A stretch of DNA of 63,517 bases, counting the filler, from Archaeoglobus sp. JdFR-37 (GTDB lineage Archaea; Halobacteriota; Archaeoglobi; Archaeoglobales; Archaeoglobaceae), in the NCBI GenBank assembly GCA_002010215.1. It is 3 parts of 3 records of this genome, joined end to end, with 100 filler letters (N's around TTAATTAATTAA, not from the genome) between each part and the next. Parts side by side here need not be neighbours in the genome. Positions count along the whole stretch, not along the records: positions 27,159 to 54,014 come from MTMY01000052.1; 2 more parts are not named here. One strand, written 5' to 3'. Both the position numbers and the translations under genes were made by a program. Under the pieces are notes generated by a model that saw nothing but the letters and a program-made list of their open reading frames with translations, did not search any database and was not told the origin of the DNA. The stretch's first letter is position 1. Every line of letters begins with the position of its first letter. Below are positions 30,463-40,760 of this stretch, one piece after another.

Positions 30463-31013
30463 AGCTGAACTTCCCTGGCATTCTTGCAGCCATAGCAACA
30501 ATGATTCTCCCATTCTCAGGCATCTGGTGGCAGTTCAGAATTGGAGAAGCAATTATCATAGCATTTTCACCATTCGAAGCCGAGATAATGGTTTTCGGTA
30601 ATGGAATAATCATTCCATTGGTTTACTGGATTATGACTTCGTTTAAAGTTCTGATAATTCTTGCCGGCGTTTTCATGCTCCTAGCATCTCTCCAGCCGGA
30701 TAAATGGTGGTCTGCTCATCTTATGCGATTCGGTTCATTCAAGGTTCTAGGGCTAATTGTGCTTTTCCTTGTATTGATTCTGGCAATGAAATATGGGAGT
30801 TCAATTCTTTTGGAAAAATCCAACTTCCCTGTGGACTTTGAATTCCCTCTTTCAGGTACCACTGACATTGAAATCCAGAACAATGGATTTACCATGAAGT
30901 TCCAGCTCTCAACATCATTTGAAGATGTGTTTGGATTTGCAATACTGACAGCTTTGCTTGGAGTGGCAGCATGGGTTTATCAGCGAAGGTTGCAAACTGA
31001 AGTGAAAGCTTAA
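30459..31013 (+). CDS. Hypothetical membrane protein
   Basis: About four TM segments; coupled to upstream ORF. Confidence 0.6.
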   Translation: MKLNFPGILAAIATMILPFSGIWWQFRIGEAIIIAFSPFEAEIMVFGNGIIIPLVYWIMTSFKVLIILAGVFMLLASLQPDKWWSAHLMRFGSFKVLGLIVLFLVLILAMKYGSSILLEKSNFPVDFEFPLSGTTDIEIQNNGFTMKFQLSTSFEDVFGFAILTALLGVAAWVYQRRLQTEVKA

Positions 31014-31082
31014 AAGTGAAAATCTAATCCCGAAGCAATCCTATAGTGTTATATTTCATGGAGTAATAAATCAAATATTGTA

Positions 31083-32795
31083 ATGCCAGAGATGATGGAT
31101 TTAGAATGGAGAAAAATTCTATTTTTTCCGGTTGTAGTGGGAGCTATATCTGGATTAGCAGGAGTTGCATTACACGCCTCCATAGATATCTTTACAGAGC
31201 TTTTTCTCAAAAATCTTGCGAGTTTTGGAGAAGGATCGTTTTCTGGCGCAATCCCTTATTACTTTCTGCCACCTATAGGGGCATTAATTTCGGGCATCAT
31301 AGTGTATTTTCTCGCCCCTGAAGCTGAGGGGGCAGGTGAGAATGCGGCAATTGAGGCATTTCATCAAAAAAGGGGTTATATACGTCTGAGAGTGGCCGGA
31401 ATTAAGCTGCTAGCAACCTCGCTGATAATTGGTAGCGGCGGAAGTGCAGGCAGAGAAGGCCCCCTAGCCCAAATTTCTGCATCGATAGCATCATTCATAT
31501 CATCGAAGCTGAGGTTAAATGAGAAAGATCGAAGGATGCTCATTGTTTGTGGTATGGCAGCTGGTGTGGGTAGTATATTCAAAGCACCTCTCGGAGGAGC
31601 TGTGTTTGCCATAGAAGTTCTTTATAAGAGGGATCACGAGGTGGAGGTCATAATCCCTTCATTTATAGCAGCCATATCGGCATTTCTTATTTTTGGGTAT
31701 GTCTACGGCTTTGGAGTCATTTTTGAAACCGAGAAGATGGGCTTTGAATCACCCCTCTTCCTAATTTTTTACGCTATGCTGGGTGTTGCAGCTGCTTTTT
31801 TAGGTATATTCTTTATAAATCTGCTCAATGGTGTGAGGAGACTGTTTATGATCGCAAACCTGCCCGGATATCTGAAACCCGCTACAGGCGGAGTTATTAT
31901 GGGCATTGTTGCCTACTTTTCGCCTCATTCTGTGGACATAGGTTATGAGTGGATTCAGAAGATGATATTCAATGAGCTTACCGTCAATATCATCCTGATT
32001 TTGCTAATCGGGAAAATTATTGCTACCAGCTTCACAATAGGCTCTGGAGGCAGTGGCGGGCTTTTCGCCCCATCTCTTGTCATAGGTGCATCAATCGGAG
32101 CACTTTTTGCGGAATTCTTCTCAACCCTCTATCCTGGAGCCCCATTTTATTACGAAACCTTCGTTCTAACGGGGATGGCCGCTTTCATAACCGCGGTGGC
32201 AAAAACACCCATTTCAGCTGTCATCCTTATGGTAGAGATAGCTCATTCTTATAAAATCCTTCCTGGGCTTATGGTGGCTTCTATCATATCGTATGCATTA
32301 TCCGGTAAACAGAGTATTTATCCAGCACAGGTTGAAACCAGATTTCATTCTCCTGCTCATAGAAGAGAATTAACCGTCAGTATACTTGAGGAAATTCCAG
32401 CAAAGGAAGCTATGGTTCCTAGAGCCAAGCTAGTCACGGTCTCTCCGCTCCAAAAAGTGTCTGAAATATTTCTGTTGATTGAAAAAACTGGACACATTGG
32501 TTTTCCAGTCTTGGATGAGGATGAAAACTTAGTAGGAATAATCACCTTCGAGGATGTTGAAAGAGTTCCACCGGAGAAAAGAGATGAAACGACAGTCGAT
32601 GAGATTATGACAACCGAACTCATAGTAGCTTATCCTGATGAGAGCCTTGAGTTCTGTCTTCAAAAGCTGGTGGTTCACGACATCGGACGTTTACCGGTGG
32701 TGGCGAGGGATGACACTAAAGAACTGCTTGGATTGATTACGAAGACAGATATAATAAGGGTACATGCCAGAACTTCTGCTGAAGGCAGAGATTAG
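31083..32795 (+). CDS. ClC family chloride channel/transporter with CBS pair
   Basis: GSAGREGP, FKAPLGG and GGLFAP motifs; two C-terminal CBS domains. Confidence 0.92.
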   Translation: MPEMMDLEWRKILFFPVVVGAISGLAGVALHASIDIFTELFLKNLASFGEGSFSGAIPYYFLPPIGALISGIIVYFLAPEAEGAGENAAIEAFHQKRGYIRLRVAGIKLLATSLIIGSGGSAGREGPLAQISASIASFISSKLRLNEKDRRMLIVCGMAAGVGSIFKAPLGGAVFAIEVLYKRDHEVEVIIPSFIAAISAFLIFGYVYGFGVIFETEKMGFESPLFLIFYAMLGVAAAFLGIFFINLLNGVRRLFMIANLPGYLKPATGGVIMGIVAYFSPHSVDIGYEWIQKMIFNELTVNIILILLIGKIIATSFTIGSGGSGGLFAPSLVIGASIGALFAEFFSTLYPGAPFYYETFVLTGMAAFITAVAKTPISAVILMVEIAHSYKILPGLMVASIISYALSGKQSIYPAQVETRFHSPAHRRELTVSILEEIPAKEAMVPRAKLVTVSPLQKVSEIFLLIEKTGHIGFPVLDEDENLVGIITFEDVERVPPEKRDETTVDEIMTTELIVAYPDESLEFCLQKLVVHDIGRLPVVARDDTKELLGLITKTDIIRVHARTSAEGRD

Positions 32796-32905
32796 TCTTT
32801 AGATTATTTTCCCAGAGCAGAATTTATAAGAATATATTAAAATTATAAAACTGTAACATCACAAAAATATTTTAACATCTGGAACAATCTCTTGGGAGAG
32901 CTGGG

Positions 32906-33664
32906 ATGTTTGACAGAGAGATGATTAAATACGTCATAATCTTCTTTCTTCTCTCCATTCTGGTGTATTGGATAGGATATCATGCTGGATCCAGATTGGA
33001 GGAATTCGAAACTTCGGGAGAGGTTGAGATAGCTGGAATATTGAGGAAATTGATACAGATGTCAATGTTTAATACCCCACCTGACAGGTATTACGAAAGG
33101 GCTAAGGAAGAGTTCGGCTCAAAAGCCCCGCTGGTACATGATATCGACAGTCTTTACAAAATTCTGATGACTTTGAAGCTTCCCAAATATGAAGTGGGTT
33201 TTGACTGCTCTGAATCCTCGGCAATTCTGGAATGGATCCTTGAAGGCTACGGCTTTAAGACCTATATAGCGAAAGCGGAATGGGCTCCACCAGGCTCCAA
33301 GTATCCTGGAGGCCACACGTGGGTTGTTGTTGAGCTAGACAACAAAGATAGAGTTGCAATTGAAGCGACATTGCTGGCAGAAAACAGGTATAATCCTCCT
33401 GGCATTATTGTTGACCCGTCTCTTAAATATCTTAAGTACTCTTATATTTATCGATCAAATTCAGATGCGTTGGATTTTCAGAAGCCCATAATCATGGAGC
33501 AGGCGAATTATTATTACGGAGAATATGATGAGCTCTGGGATTCCATCTACGAGCCCACAAGAGGGGAGTTACAAGGCGACGCCATAGTTTTTACACCAAT
33601 CTCTGAGTTTGACTGGTGGAATCATCCCTATTATGTCAATTTTAAAAAGAAGTTTGGATGGTGA
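32906..33664 (+). CDS. Membrane-anchored protein with transglutaminase/papain-like Cys-His-acid motif
   Basis: N-terminal TM; FDCSE..GHTWVVV..IEAT. Confidence 0.55.
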   Translation: MFDREMIKYVIIFFLLSILVYWIGYHAGSRLEEFETSGEVEIAGILRKLIQMSMFNTPPDRYYERAKEEFGSKAPLVHDIDSLYKILMTLKLPKYEVGFDCSESSAILEWILEGYGFKTYIAKAEWAPPGSKYPGGHTWVVVELDNKDRVAIEATLLAENRYNPPGIIVDPSLKYLKYSYIYRSNSDALDFQKPIIMEQANYYYGEYDELWDSIYEPTRGELQGDAIVFTPISEFDWWNHPYYVNFKKKFGW

Positions 33665-33678
33665 ACTTGAACTGCGGG

Positions 33679-34986
33679 CTATAAGTACTTCTTGGGGTCT
33701 GTTATTTCTCCCGCCACTGCTGAAGCTGCTGCCGTTGCCGGGGATGCCAGATATATGTAAGCCTCGGGATTCCCCATCCTCCCCCTGAAGTTCCTGTTCT
33801 GTGTGGAAAGGCAGACCTCGCCATCTGCCAGAATGCCCATGTGGATGCCGACGCAGGGTCCGCAGCCCGGCGGCAGAACCACGCCACCAGCTTCAACAAT
33901 GATTTTCAGGTATCCCGCCTCCATTGCCTTCACGTAAATCTCCCTGCTCCCCGGCCCAACCAGCAGACGGGTTTTAACCTTCCTGCCCTTCAGAATCTTT
34001 GCTGCAATTTCTATATCGCTCAGCCTGCCGTTGGTGCAGGTACCAATGAAAATCTGATCAACCTTCAGACCCTCAACTTCTGTGACTGGAACAACGTTAT
34101 CCACGTTATGGGGCTTTGCCACTACTGGTTCGAGGTCTGAAGCGTCAAAATGCAGTTCTTTCTCATACTCTGCATCCTTATCTGGAGCGAGAGGTCTGAA
34201 TCTATCTGCTCTGCCCCTCTCTGCAAGATATCGCTTCGTTACTTCATCGCTCTTGAATAGACCAGCCTTTGCCCCACACTCTATGGCCATATTTGCCATG
34301 GTTAAGCGGGAATCCATGTCCATGCTGTCGATTGTGTCGCCATGGAATTCAAGGGCTTTGTAGGTTGCCCCATCAACACCTAGCTCACCGATAATGGTCA
34401 GCATCAGATCTTTCGAAAACACGCCCTTCTGAAATTCCCCACTCACCTCAATCCTGAAGGTTTCAGGTACCCTGAACCAGTTCTTACCCAGAACTATGCC
34501 TATGGCCACGTCAGTTGACCCCATCCCAGTTGCAAAAGCTCCCAGAGCTCCGTAGGTGCAGGTGTGGCTGTCAGCCCCTATCACGAGGTCTCCTGGGTTG
34601 ACGTGTCTCTCAACCATCAACTGGTGAATTATGCCCTCTCCGGGAGGATTGAAATTTGCTCCAATTTCTTCGGCAAAGTCATTTATCAACTTCTGGTCGT
34701 TGCTGAGCTCTCTGCGGGGAGATGGAGCGGCGTGATCCACGAAGAAATGGGTAACATCTGCAGCCTTTATCTTCTCCTTGGTAACTCCAAGCTCCTTAAT
34801 CTGCCTTATTGCAAGAGGAGCCGTCCCATCTTGAAGTGCTATAGCGTCAATTTTTGCGATAACAATGTCTCCTGCATGGGCATCCATTCCACTTTTTTCT
34901 GAGAAAATTTTTTCAGCAAGGGTTTTACCTGCAGACTTACTTGCCAACTCCTCGCTTCTTGTTGTTTTACCCATGCCTGAGGGCAT
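33679..34986 (-). CDS. leuC: 3-isopropylmalate dehydratase/homoaconitase family large subunit (start possibly further downstream)
   Basis: GKTLAEKI, DSHTCTYG, GTCTNGR, CGPCVG and NRNFRGRMG; LeuC vs HacA not distinguishable by eye. Confidence 0.8.
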   Translation of the reverse strand: MPSGMGKTTRSEELASKSAGKTLAEKIFSEKSGMDAHAGDIVIAKIDAIALQDGTAPLAIRQIKELGVTKEKIKAADVTHFFVDHAAPSPRRELSNDQKLINDFAEEIGANFNPPGEGIIHQLMVERHVNPGDLVIGADSHTCTYGALGAFATGMGSTDVAIGIVLGKNWFRVPETFRIEVSGEFQKGVFSKDLMLTIIGELGVDGATYKALEFHGDTIDSMDMDSRLTMANMAIECGAKAGLFKSDEVTKRYLAERGRADRFRPLAPDKDAEYEKELHFDASDLEPVVAKPHNVDNVVPVTEVEGLKVDQIFIGTCTNGRLSDIEIAAKILKGRKVKTRLLVGPGSREIYVKAMEAGYLKIIVEAGGVVLPPGCGPCVGIHMGILADGEVCLSTQNRNFRGRMGNPEAYIYLASPATAAASAVAGEITDPKKYL

Positions 34987-35091
34987 GGGATGCTGAAATA
35001 AAAGGTTTTTCTGTTGATAGTGTCGTAGGTCTTTACGGGGTCTCAGCCATGGATCTTAATCATAAATCAATTTGAAACCCCCGAATACAAG

Positions 35092-35832
35092 TCATAAAGG
35101 AATTTCCATCATATCTTGGCAAATCTCAATCTCTCCTCTGAATTTTTCAGAGAGGAGCTCTGTGATCTTATCAGCTTCCTTCAATGCGAATGGATACATG
35201 TGGGTCAGGTATATTCGCTCTGCCCTCGCGCTACCAATAAATTCCGCCATATTTTCCGGTGTAGTATGGTCTATAGCCTCGTACCCAAACGAGAGAGACA
35301 TCTCATGGATTATTGTATCGCAGTCAACTTCCATGAGCTCTTTAAAGCATCTTGTATCGCCGCTTATCAGGAGCTTACCATCAATCAGGTATGCTCTACT
35401 CTCGATGGAGTGGATCGTCGGAATGCTTTTTATTTCGATACTACCTATTTTGAATTCTTCGGATTCTCCAGATTCTCCGATTTCAAATATCTTAAATTTC
35501 AGTTTGTTTCTTAGATAAGGAAAGGCTTCAAGAAGGGACTCGAAGAAATTCAAAGTCCCCAGAGGACCGTATATCTTGAGTTCACCTCCACCTTCCAGCC
35601 ACCTCGCTTTTAGAATGGTAAGGACATCAGCATTGTGATCCAGATGGTTGTGGGTCAGTAGTATGGCGTCAATATCATTCACATGAATTCCAGTCTCCTC
35701 CATTCTCATGAAAGCTCCACTTCCAACATCAACTAGCAGCCTGACGTCATGGGTACCATCTTCAACATAAATGCAGCTCTCTGCTCTGCCTGTATGTACG
35801 GCGACACCGCTACCCAGTACTACAACCCTCAT
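35092..35832 (-). CDS. MBL-fold metallohydrolase, RNase Z-like
   Basis: VLGSG, THNHLDH, SGDT, HE and THMY motifs. Confidence 0.8.
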   Translation of the reverse strand: MRVVVLGSGVAVHTGRAESCIYVEDGTHDVRLLVDVGSGAFMRMEETGIHVNDIDAILLTHNHLDHNADVLTILKARWLEGGGELKIYGPLGTLNFFESLLEAFPYLRNKLKFKIFEIGESGESEEFKIGSIEIKSIPTIHSIESRAYLIDGKLLISGDTRCFKELMEVDCDTIIHEMSLSFGYEAIDHTTPENMAEFIGSARAERIYLTHMYPFALKEADKITELLSEKFRGEIEICQDMMEIPL

Positions 35833-37214
35833 TAAAATCCCCCCATAAACAGGTGGAGGTATTTGAGGAGCTTATCTACCTTTAAAACCTTATCTAAAAG
35901 CTCTTTACCCTTTAAAATTCCGAAACCCCGATTAAGAGACTCACCAACATTTTTTCCAAGCCCCTTCCATTCCCTAGTTACATAATCTGCCACTGCTTCA
36001 TCAACCCTTCTCAGCTTCCTTCTTTCGTAACACCACCATCTCCCGCCCTCTATGAAGGGTTTGTACCCTCTATCCTTGGATAAAAACTTCTTTACATGTT
36101 TTTCATCCTCGAAAGGAGGCCCCATTCTCTTTTCCACCTGTGAAAGCTGGAAGACTTCAGTTTCAAAAAACAGGTAGCATTTTTCATTTTCCTCAATAAC
36201 TGTGAAACCATTCCTTATGGGGGAAAATCCACTCCTCTCCAGAAAATCGTTTATTCTATTAACAGCCCTCTCAAGCTGAGGATAGAGATTATCCTCTACA
36301 ATGTCAGGTCTCTCGAATTCTATGGCGAAGATATATCGCTCATCAAGCTCCCTCTGAATGAAGGTTGGGTCAGGTCTCACATCTCTAGTCTCAAAAAACT
36401 CCTCAGACGGATTTGATACGAACTCTCTGCAAAGCTGGACGAACTTTGCAAGATTGTCAATACTCAGGTTTGCAGCAACGTTTCTCTTTACGTCAACTGG
36501 ATCAACAACAAAGAACCCCCTCCTCTCTCTGTAAACCTTTCCACTGGCAATGTCTATAACAGTGTCCCGTGTCCAACTTCTTGCTGCCTTTACAAGGTTT
36601 CTGAAGGTACCATAAAAAACGATAAGGAGTTCGCAGAGATAGCCTGAGAAACCTCTAACGCTGTATTCTGCCCCGTATATCCCATTAGCCTTCAGAAATG
36701 CCTTGAGAATTCTGATATCTTCCTCTTTACCACTTATTCTGTCCTTCAACCAGGCGTGGTGGAATGGCGTTCGATCAACGGCGGATTTTATCCTATCAAT
36801 CCTGCTGAGAGCAAAGCAAGGTACAACGTCAACCTCAACATCCATGACTTTCCCGTGAACATAGGGGTGGGCAGCGTATCTGAGCTCGTACTCATCCATT
36901 ACTGCTTTCCCGATTTCCAGACCTACTCTTTCAAGCTCTTCCGTGCTCCAGTTTTCAGGGAAGAGTATAAAAACATCAATCTCCAGATTTCTCGGAAGCC
37001 ATGTGTTTCTGGCATAACTTCCAAGAAACTCATATCTCAGCCCGGAGTATTTTTTGAGCAGGTTATCCAGTCTCTTTCTGAGTTCTATTTCAACTTCTTT
37101 TGCTCTCCTCACTTCATCCTCTGAGGGGCTTACTCTTTCAGCTATCCTTTTGACCACTTCATCTATTCTTCTGTCCATCTCACTCAAGTCATTCAGGTCG
37201 TTCATACTCGTCAC
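35832..37214 (-). CDS. cca: CCA-adding enzyme (class I tRNA nucleotidyltransferase)
   Basis: GSYARNTWL..EIDVF, YAAHPY, SAVDRTPFH and GFSGYLCELL. Confidence 0.95.
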   Translation of the reverse strand: MTSMNDLNDLSEMDRRIDEVVKRIAERVSPSEDEVRRAKEVEIELRKRLDNLLKKYSGLRYEFLGSYARNTWLPRNLEIDVFILFPENWSTEELERVGLEIGKAVMDEYELRYAAHPYVHGKVMDVEVDVVPCFALSRIDRIKSAVDRTPFHHAWLKDRISGKEEDIRILKAFLKANGIYGAEYSVRGFSGYLCELLIVFYGTFRNLVKAARSWTRDTVIDIASGKVYRERRGFFVVDPVDVKRNVAANLSIDNLAKFVQLCREFVSNPSEEFFETRDVRPDPTFIQRELDERYIFAIEFERPDIVEDNLYPQLERAVNRINDFLERSGFSPIRNGFTVIEENEKCYLFFETEVFQLSQVEKRMGPPFEDEKHVKKFLSKDRGYKPFIEGGRWWCYERRKLRRVDEAVADYVTREWKGLGKNVGESLNRGFGILKGKELLDKVLKVDKLLKYLHLFMGGF

Positions 37215-37224
37215 TCATACCCAA

Positions 37225-37776
37225 TCACTCAAGTCTGAAAACCTCTAGATCCTCATAGATTGGGCCTTTAGGTGTTAACGTGCTCTTCTTTAGCTTGAAA
37301 TCAGAAACCACCATTTCACCGAATTCAGTATCTAAGTACTCGGAAAGTTCTGAAACAAGCCTTTTCCTGTCATCCGCCCCCATTCTTTTAATTCTCCCAA
37401 CGGTTGAATGGGCAACAAACTCCTTATCTTTTTTGAAGCCCAGCTTTTTCAGAGCGGTCTCCACTTGAGATGCTAGAGCCTTCATCTCTCGCTCACCCTC
37501 ACTTGTCCCAACCCAGATAACTCGGGGGTTTCTCTGGTTTGGGAAAAATCCTATTCCCTTGAATTTCAATGTAAATGGGTTGAATTTGACGGTTGACAAG
37601 GCTTTTCTGATATCTTCAGCCTTCCTTTCATTTACTTCTCCAATGAACTGAAGTGTGATGTGGAGGTTCTGCTTTTCAACCGGTTTGACACCTTTGAATC
37701 TGGAGATTGCAGCAAGAACTTCGTTCAGATTTTCCCTGATTTTTTCACTCAAATCAACAGCTACAAACAATCGCAT
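37225..37776 (-). CDS. thpR: RNA 2',3'-cyclic phosphodiesterase (2'-5' RNA ligase family)
   Basis: MRLFVAVD, two HxT motifs (HIT, HST) and STLTPKGPIY. Confidence 0.92.
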   Translation of the reverse strand: MRLFVAVDLSEKIRENLNEVLAAISRFKGVKPVEKQNLHITLQFIGEVNERKAEDIRKALSTVKFNPFTLKFKGIGFFPNQRNPRVIWVGTSEGEREMKALASQVETALKKLGFKKDKEFVAHSTVGRIKRMGADDRKRLVSELSEYLDTEFGEMVVSDFKLKKSTLTPKGPIYEDLEVFRLE

Positions 37777-37820
37777 GATGGCAAAGAATATTAATAAGTT
37801 GAAATACCTTACCATCTGAG

Positions 37821-38900
37821 ATGAGAAGAGAAGTAAGGGAAGCGAAACACACACTGCCGGGAGAGGTAAAGTACCTGATACTCAGACCTTTGGGTTATCC
37901 ACTCAGGGCGAGCTATCACGAATATCCAATGATAGATAACCCTCGGGTTTTTGACAGGTATGCAAAAGATCAGTGGAAAGGAGAGTACGTTTCAAAGGGC
38001 AGGTTGCTGTTTGATATTCGCATGTTCCCCGACTTCGCCTTTGAAGTTGTTAGTGCTGAACCGGATTCTGGTGTTATAACTGACTCAACCATAATTCTTG
38101 TAGAAAGCCCCTCCAAGAGCATCGAGACTGAGATCATAAAGGATGTTTCCCTGAAAGACGTTGTAGGACAGGAAGAGGCAAAAAGGAAGGTGATAGTCAT
38201 ACTTGAATTTCTGAAGAATCCTAAGAGGTTCGGCAAGTGGGCACCGAAAAATGTCCTCTTTTACGGCCCTCCTGGAACTGGGAAGACCATGACTGCTAAA
38301 GCCCTCGCACATGAGGCCAACGTGCCATTCTTATCTGTTAAATCTACTAAGCTGATAGGGGAGCATGTGGGAGATGGAGCTAGGCGAATACATGAGCTCT
38401 TTGAAAGAGCAAGACAGCTCTCACCCTGTATAGTTTTTCTGGATGAGTTTGACTCTATTGCGCTTGACAGAAGCTACCAGGAGCTTCGTGGTGATGTCAG
38501 CGAGATAGTCAATGCACTGCTCACAGAACTGGACGGTATTGAGAGAAACGAAGGGATATGCACGATTGCCGCCACAAATAGAGCAGATATGCTGGATGCA
38601 TCAATACGAAGCAGGTTCGAGGAGGAAATAGAGTTCAGCATGCCTGATTACGATGAGAGGCTCGAAATCCTGAAGAGAAATCTGGAAGACTTCCCGCTGA
38701 AAGTCTCTGCAAAGCTTGAGCTGGTTGCTAGGAGCACCGAAGGTCTGTCAGGAAGAGATCTGGTGGAAAAGGTGATAAAAGCGGCTCTGCACAAAGCCAT
38801 AGCGGATGGAAGGGAGAGCATAGATACTGAGGATTTGCTGGATGCGATAACTAGGATAAAGAAGCCTTCTAAACAACCTCCAAAGCAAATGTTTATTTAG
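37821..38900 (+). CDS. AAA ATPase, AMA type (Archaeoglobus/methanogen)
   Basis: GYPL N-domain motif, YAKDQW, GPPGTGKT, FLDEFD and ATNR..D..IRSRF. Confidence 0.85.
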   Translation: MRREVREAKHTLPGEVKYLILRPLGYPLRASYHEYPMIDNPRVFDRYAKDQWKGEYVSKGRLLFDIRMFPDFAFEVVSAEPDSGVITDSTIILVESPSKSIETEIIKDVSLKDVVGQEEAKRKVIVILEFLKNPKRFGKWAPKNVLFYGPPGTGKTMTAKALAHEANVPFLSVKSTKLIGEHVGDGARRIHELFERARQLSPCIVFLDEFDSIALDRSYQELRGDVSEIVNALLTELDGIERNEGICTIAATNRADMLDASIRSRFEEEIEFSMPDYDERLEILKRNLEDFPLKVSAKLELVARSTEGLSGRDLVEKVIKAALHKAIADGRESIDTEDLLDAITRIKKPSKQPPKQMFI

Positions 38901-39072
38901 TATGGCCTTTCCTTTTTCTGTGAGAATATTCTAACCTAATAATTTTATGTACCTCTGCTATGACCCTAGATCCAAATATGTATGAGTCTAAAATCCTGAG
39001 AGCATACCACGACTCCTACTGACATTAAATCGTTAAGTATAAATAATATCCAGATTTTTTGTTTAGGTTGTT

Positions 39073-39981
39073 ATGAGACATCTTGTATCCATTTCAGACC
39101 TTAGCAAAGAAGAGATCGTTTACCTGCTCGATCTAGCAGACAGATTGAAGGAAGAAAGGAGAAACGGGATTTTCAAGGAGTATTTGAAGAATAGAAGTCT
39201 TGCAATGATTTTTGAGCTTCCATCTACCAGAACCAGAGTTAGCTTTGAGGTTGCCATGTGTGAAGCTGGCGGTCATGCTCTGTACCTGAATTGGAATGAT
39301 TTGCAGTTGGGGAGGGGTGAAGCAATCAAGGATACGGCTAGAGTAATGTCTCGATACGTTCATGCAGTGATGATGAGGGTAAGAAGACACGAGACAGTGG
39401 TCGAATTCGCCAACCATTCTGGGATACCGGTAATCAATGGCCTCAGCAATCTTGAGCACCCATGTCAGACTCTTGCAGACCTGCAAACAATAAGGGAGAG
39501 GAAAGGTCTGGATGCGGTCGTAGCATGGGTTGGTGATGGCAATAACGTATGCAATTCACTGGTTTTAGCTGCATCAATTCTCGGATTTGAGTTGAGAGTA
39601 GCAACTCCGGAAGGCTATGAGCCCGATAAACAAATTGTTGAGAAGGCATTATCTGAGAACACAAAAATTAAGATAATGCACGACCCCGTTGAGGCTGTTA
39701 AAGGAGCTGACGTAATATACACAGATGTTTGGGCCTCCATGGGACAGGAGAGTGAAAAAAAAGAAAGATTAAGAGTGTTCAAGCCATATCAGGTTAATTC
39801 TGAGCTTATATCTAATGCAGATGAAGATGCAATCGTCCTGCACTGTCTGCCCGCCCATAGAGGTGAAGAGATAACTGATGAGGTCATGGATGGGAAGCAA
39901 TCTGCCGTTTTTGATCAGGCGGAGAACAGGCTTCATGCTCAGAAAGCTTTACTAATATGGCTGCTGGGTGTTGAGATATGA
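39073..39981 (+). CDS. argF: Ornithine carbamoyltransferase
   Basis: STRTR, HPCQ, DVWASMG and HCLP motifs. Confidence 0.96.
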   Translation: MRHLVSISDLSKEEIVYLLDLADRLKEERRNGIFKEYLKNRSLAMIFELPSTRTRVSFEVAMCEAGGHALYLNWNDLQLGRGEAIKDTARVMSRYVHAVMMRVRRHETVVEFANHSGIPVINGLSNLEHPCQTLADLQTIRERKGLDAVVAWVGDGNNVCNSLVLAASILGFELRVATPEGYEPDKQIVEKALSENTKIKIMHDPVEAVKGADVIYTDVWASMGQESEKKERLRVFKPYQVNSELISNADEDAIVLHCLPAHRGEEITDEVMDGKQSAVFDQAENRLHAQKALLIWLLGVEI

Positions 39982-40760
39982 AAGAGGGTATGAACAAGGT
40001 GGCAGAGCGCATAAAAGATTTCATAGCAGATTTTGTTGAGAGTTCTGGAGTAGATGGAGTTATTGTTGGTGTAAGTGGTGGAGTAGATAGCGCCACTGTA
40101 GCTTTCCTCTGTGCTGATGCCTTAGGCAGTGATAGAGTTCTGGCATTGATCATGCCCGAGAAAGGTGTAACACCGGAAAAAGATGTGGAGGATGCTATTG
40201 AGGTCTGTAAGATCAAGGGAATTGATTACAAATTAATTGAGATAAACACATTCTTGGAGCCATTCTTCTCCATCCTTGGAGATTCAGAATCGATTGCGGC
40301 AGCGAACATAAAACCAAGAGTCAGAATGATACTGAACTACTATCACGCAAACAAAACTAACAGACTTGTGGCGGGGACAGGCAACAGAAGTGAGCTCATG
40401 GTGGGATACTTCACCAAATACGGCGATGGAGGTGTTGATTTTCTTCCGATAGGCGATCTATACAAAACAGAGGTGCTGGAGCTGGCAAGGTATCTTGGAG
40501 TTCCAGAAGAGATAGTGACCAAGAAGCCCTCAGCCAGACTGTGGACCGGACAGACCGATGAGGATGAGATGGGAATAAGCTACTCGGAACTTGATGCAGT
40601 TCTCAAAGCTCTGGATAAAGGTATGGATGCAACTCAGATTTCCTCATCCACTGGCGTGGAGCTAGAGAAAGTCAGAAAAGTGCTGAAAATGGTGGAAGAG
40701 AGCAGACACAAGCGGGAGATGCCCCCTGTTGCCAATGTCAGAGACCTCATTCAAAACTGA
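39978..40760 (+). CDS. nadE: NH3-dependent NAD+ synthetase
   Basis: SGGVDS, GTGNRSE, GYFTKYGDG and PSARLW..QTDE. Confidence 0.95.
   Translation: MKEGMNKVAERIKDFIADFVESSGVDGVIVGVSGGVDSATVAFLCADALGSDRVLALIMPEKGVTPEKDVEDAIEVCKIKGIDYKLIEINTFLEPFFSILGDSESIAAANIKPRVRMILNYYHANKTNRLVAGTGNRSELMVGYFTKYGDGGVDFLPIGDLYKTEVLELARYLGVPEEIVTKKPSARLWTGQTDEDEMGISYSELDAVLKALDKGMDATQISSSTGVELEKVRKVLKMVEESRHKREMPPVANVRDLIQN

Noticed and set aside
31083..32795. Fluoride-specific ClC
   Set aside because: Has GREGP and GGLFAP rather than the GREGT/GEVTP signature of fluoride exporters.
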